A stretch of DNA of 64,000 bases from Vermamoeba vermiformis (taxonomy: Eukaryota): assembly GCA_045837725.1 (NCBI GenBank), contig JBEWZL010000232.1:1-64000 (forward strand), read 5' to 3'. This document shows positions 62,861-64,000 of this stretch, piece after piece. Both the position numbers and the translations under genes were made by a program. The notes beneath the pieces were generated by a model. The model was given only the letters and a program-made list of their open reading frames with translations, was not told the DNA's origin and searched no databases. Position 1 is the stretch's first letter, and every line of letters starts with the position of its first letter.

Positions 62861-63139
62861 AAAGATCGATTTAGGATCCGATCGACTATCTTTTTTTGGG
62901 TGGAATGGATCGGCGTCGTTTAGCCCTATGCAATAAAGAATAGGAATTTAGTTCAACGTTGTGACTACACTGCGCATGTTCTTGGAAATTGACATTCAAA
63001 GATTCAAAATCAGTCATTTTGTTGTCTTCTTTGAATCCAAAATTGGATGCGATAAAATTTATTTGTTGCAGTTTATAAATTGGCATCGACATTATTTTCA
63101 TGCAACAACTTTATACAGCGCAACGTAAGAGTAAAAAGA

Positions 63140-64000
63140 ATGTGGAAACTTACCCTGTTTTGTTTGCTGTCGTTAACGGCTTTAAAGGCCTTAGCAGATT
63201 CGATAACCATTCAACAAGGTGTGAATGGATATACTTCTGGAAAATCCGTTGATATTAGTACTTTGTATGGCATCGGAGAGCCTGGTAAGAATACGAAGCT
63301 AATTAAGCCGGATGCAGTTTAATGTTGTAACGGCCTAAATTCTAAATTGAATCAATTGCAAAATTCCTTACCTTAGCGAATTAGTAATAGCAATGAGTCT
63401 TACGTGATTTAATTTCAAAGGTTCTTGGAATGACAACGGTTCGACTTTCGGCGATGGGGATGCGACCTGGTGTATTGGTTTATTGACCGTTCGTCCTGCC
63501 TATGGCTATGATATTAGCCCGCTGATGAGATTTGATGATTTGGATAAAGTGGTACCTGCTGGAGCCTATGTAACCAAAGCTACTTTGACTCTCAACGTTT
63601 TTGCCGATCGACCTGGCGCTAAGCTTATTGGCCGGTACTTGAACGTAGATTGGTACGCTGGGGACACTAGTAAGTACTATACTCCAAATTTTGGATCGAT
63701 GGTAACGATTTAAAATTGTCAAGATCTAAAATTAGATAATTCAAAATACTTACCGGATCTCGAATATAGTGGCTGGCGGAAAGGGCATTTGTGGCTGGAG
63801 ATACCGTAAAGAAGGAGTACAATGGTCTCAGCTCGGTGCCATGGGCGAAGGAACAGATCTGATAGCGGATGTAAACTTCGTTATGCCATCCGAAGGAACA
63901 ATTTCCGAATCTGATGGCCCAGTCTCAGTAGACCTTGACCCCTCTATTGTCCAGACTTGGATCGACACTCCGTCCAAGAACTACGGCTTTAAGCTTCAAA
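63140..64000 (+). CDS. Secreted protein with DNRLRE/CBM96-like domain; truncated by the window end
   Basis: Signal peptide, ITIQQGVNGY, LMRFDDL..VPAGAYVTKATLTL, GAMGEGTD, VQTWIDTPSKNYGF. Confidence 0.65.

Noticed and set aside
4430-63722. Many antisense or overlapping ORFs in the six-frame track
   Set aside because: They shadow exons of the identified genes and show no independent motifs.

Overview
This is the left end of a chromosome from an intron-rich eukaryote. It opens with a (CCCTAA)n telomere, about 1 kb of strongly CpG-depleted subtelomeric DNA and a degenerate tRNA(CAT) gene, followed by about 21 densely packed genes, most with short GT-AG introns. The gene content (two RasGEFs, a RasGAP, a Clu-domain/LRR protein, a Cys-rich 7TM receptor, a Zn2Cys6 factor, an F-box/LRR protein) suggests a free-living amoebozoan; this is an inference. 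The top finding is the RasGEF gene at 49948-53526. It is fused in frame to a SelU/PRXL2 (AhpC-TSA_2) thioredoxin-fold domain whose redox motif reads RQFG-U-LLCR. The UGA is split by an intron (TG|A), so it is invisible to ORF tracks. A well-formed type II SECIS hairpin lies in the 3' UTR (53636-53721), making this a candidate selenocysteine-containing Ras activator. Other notable items: a U12-type AT-AC intron in the other RasGEF, whose positional homologue in the selenoprotein paralog is an ordinary GT-AG intron; a CpG-depleted Crinkler-like REase+kinase gene; a class IV sirtuin between two putative actin-binding modules; and a head-to-head pair of diverged secreted paralogs. Gene models were spliced by hand and family calls come from motif recognition, not database searches.
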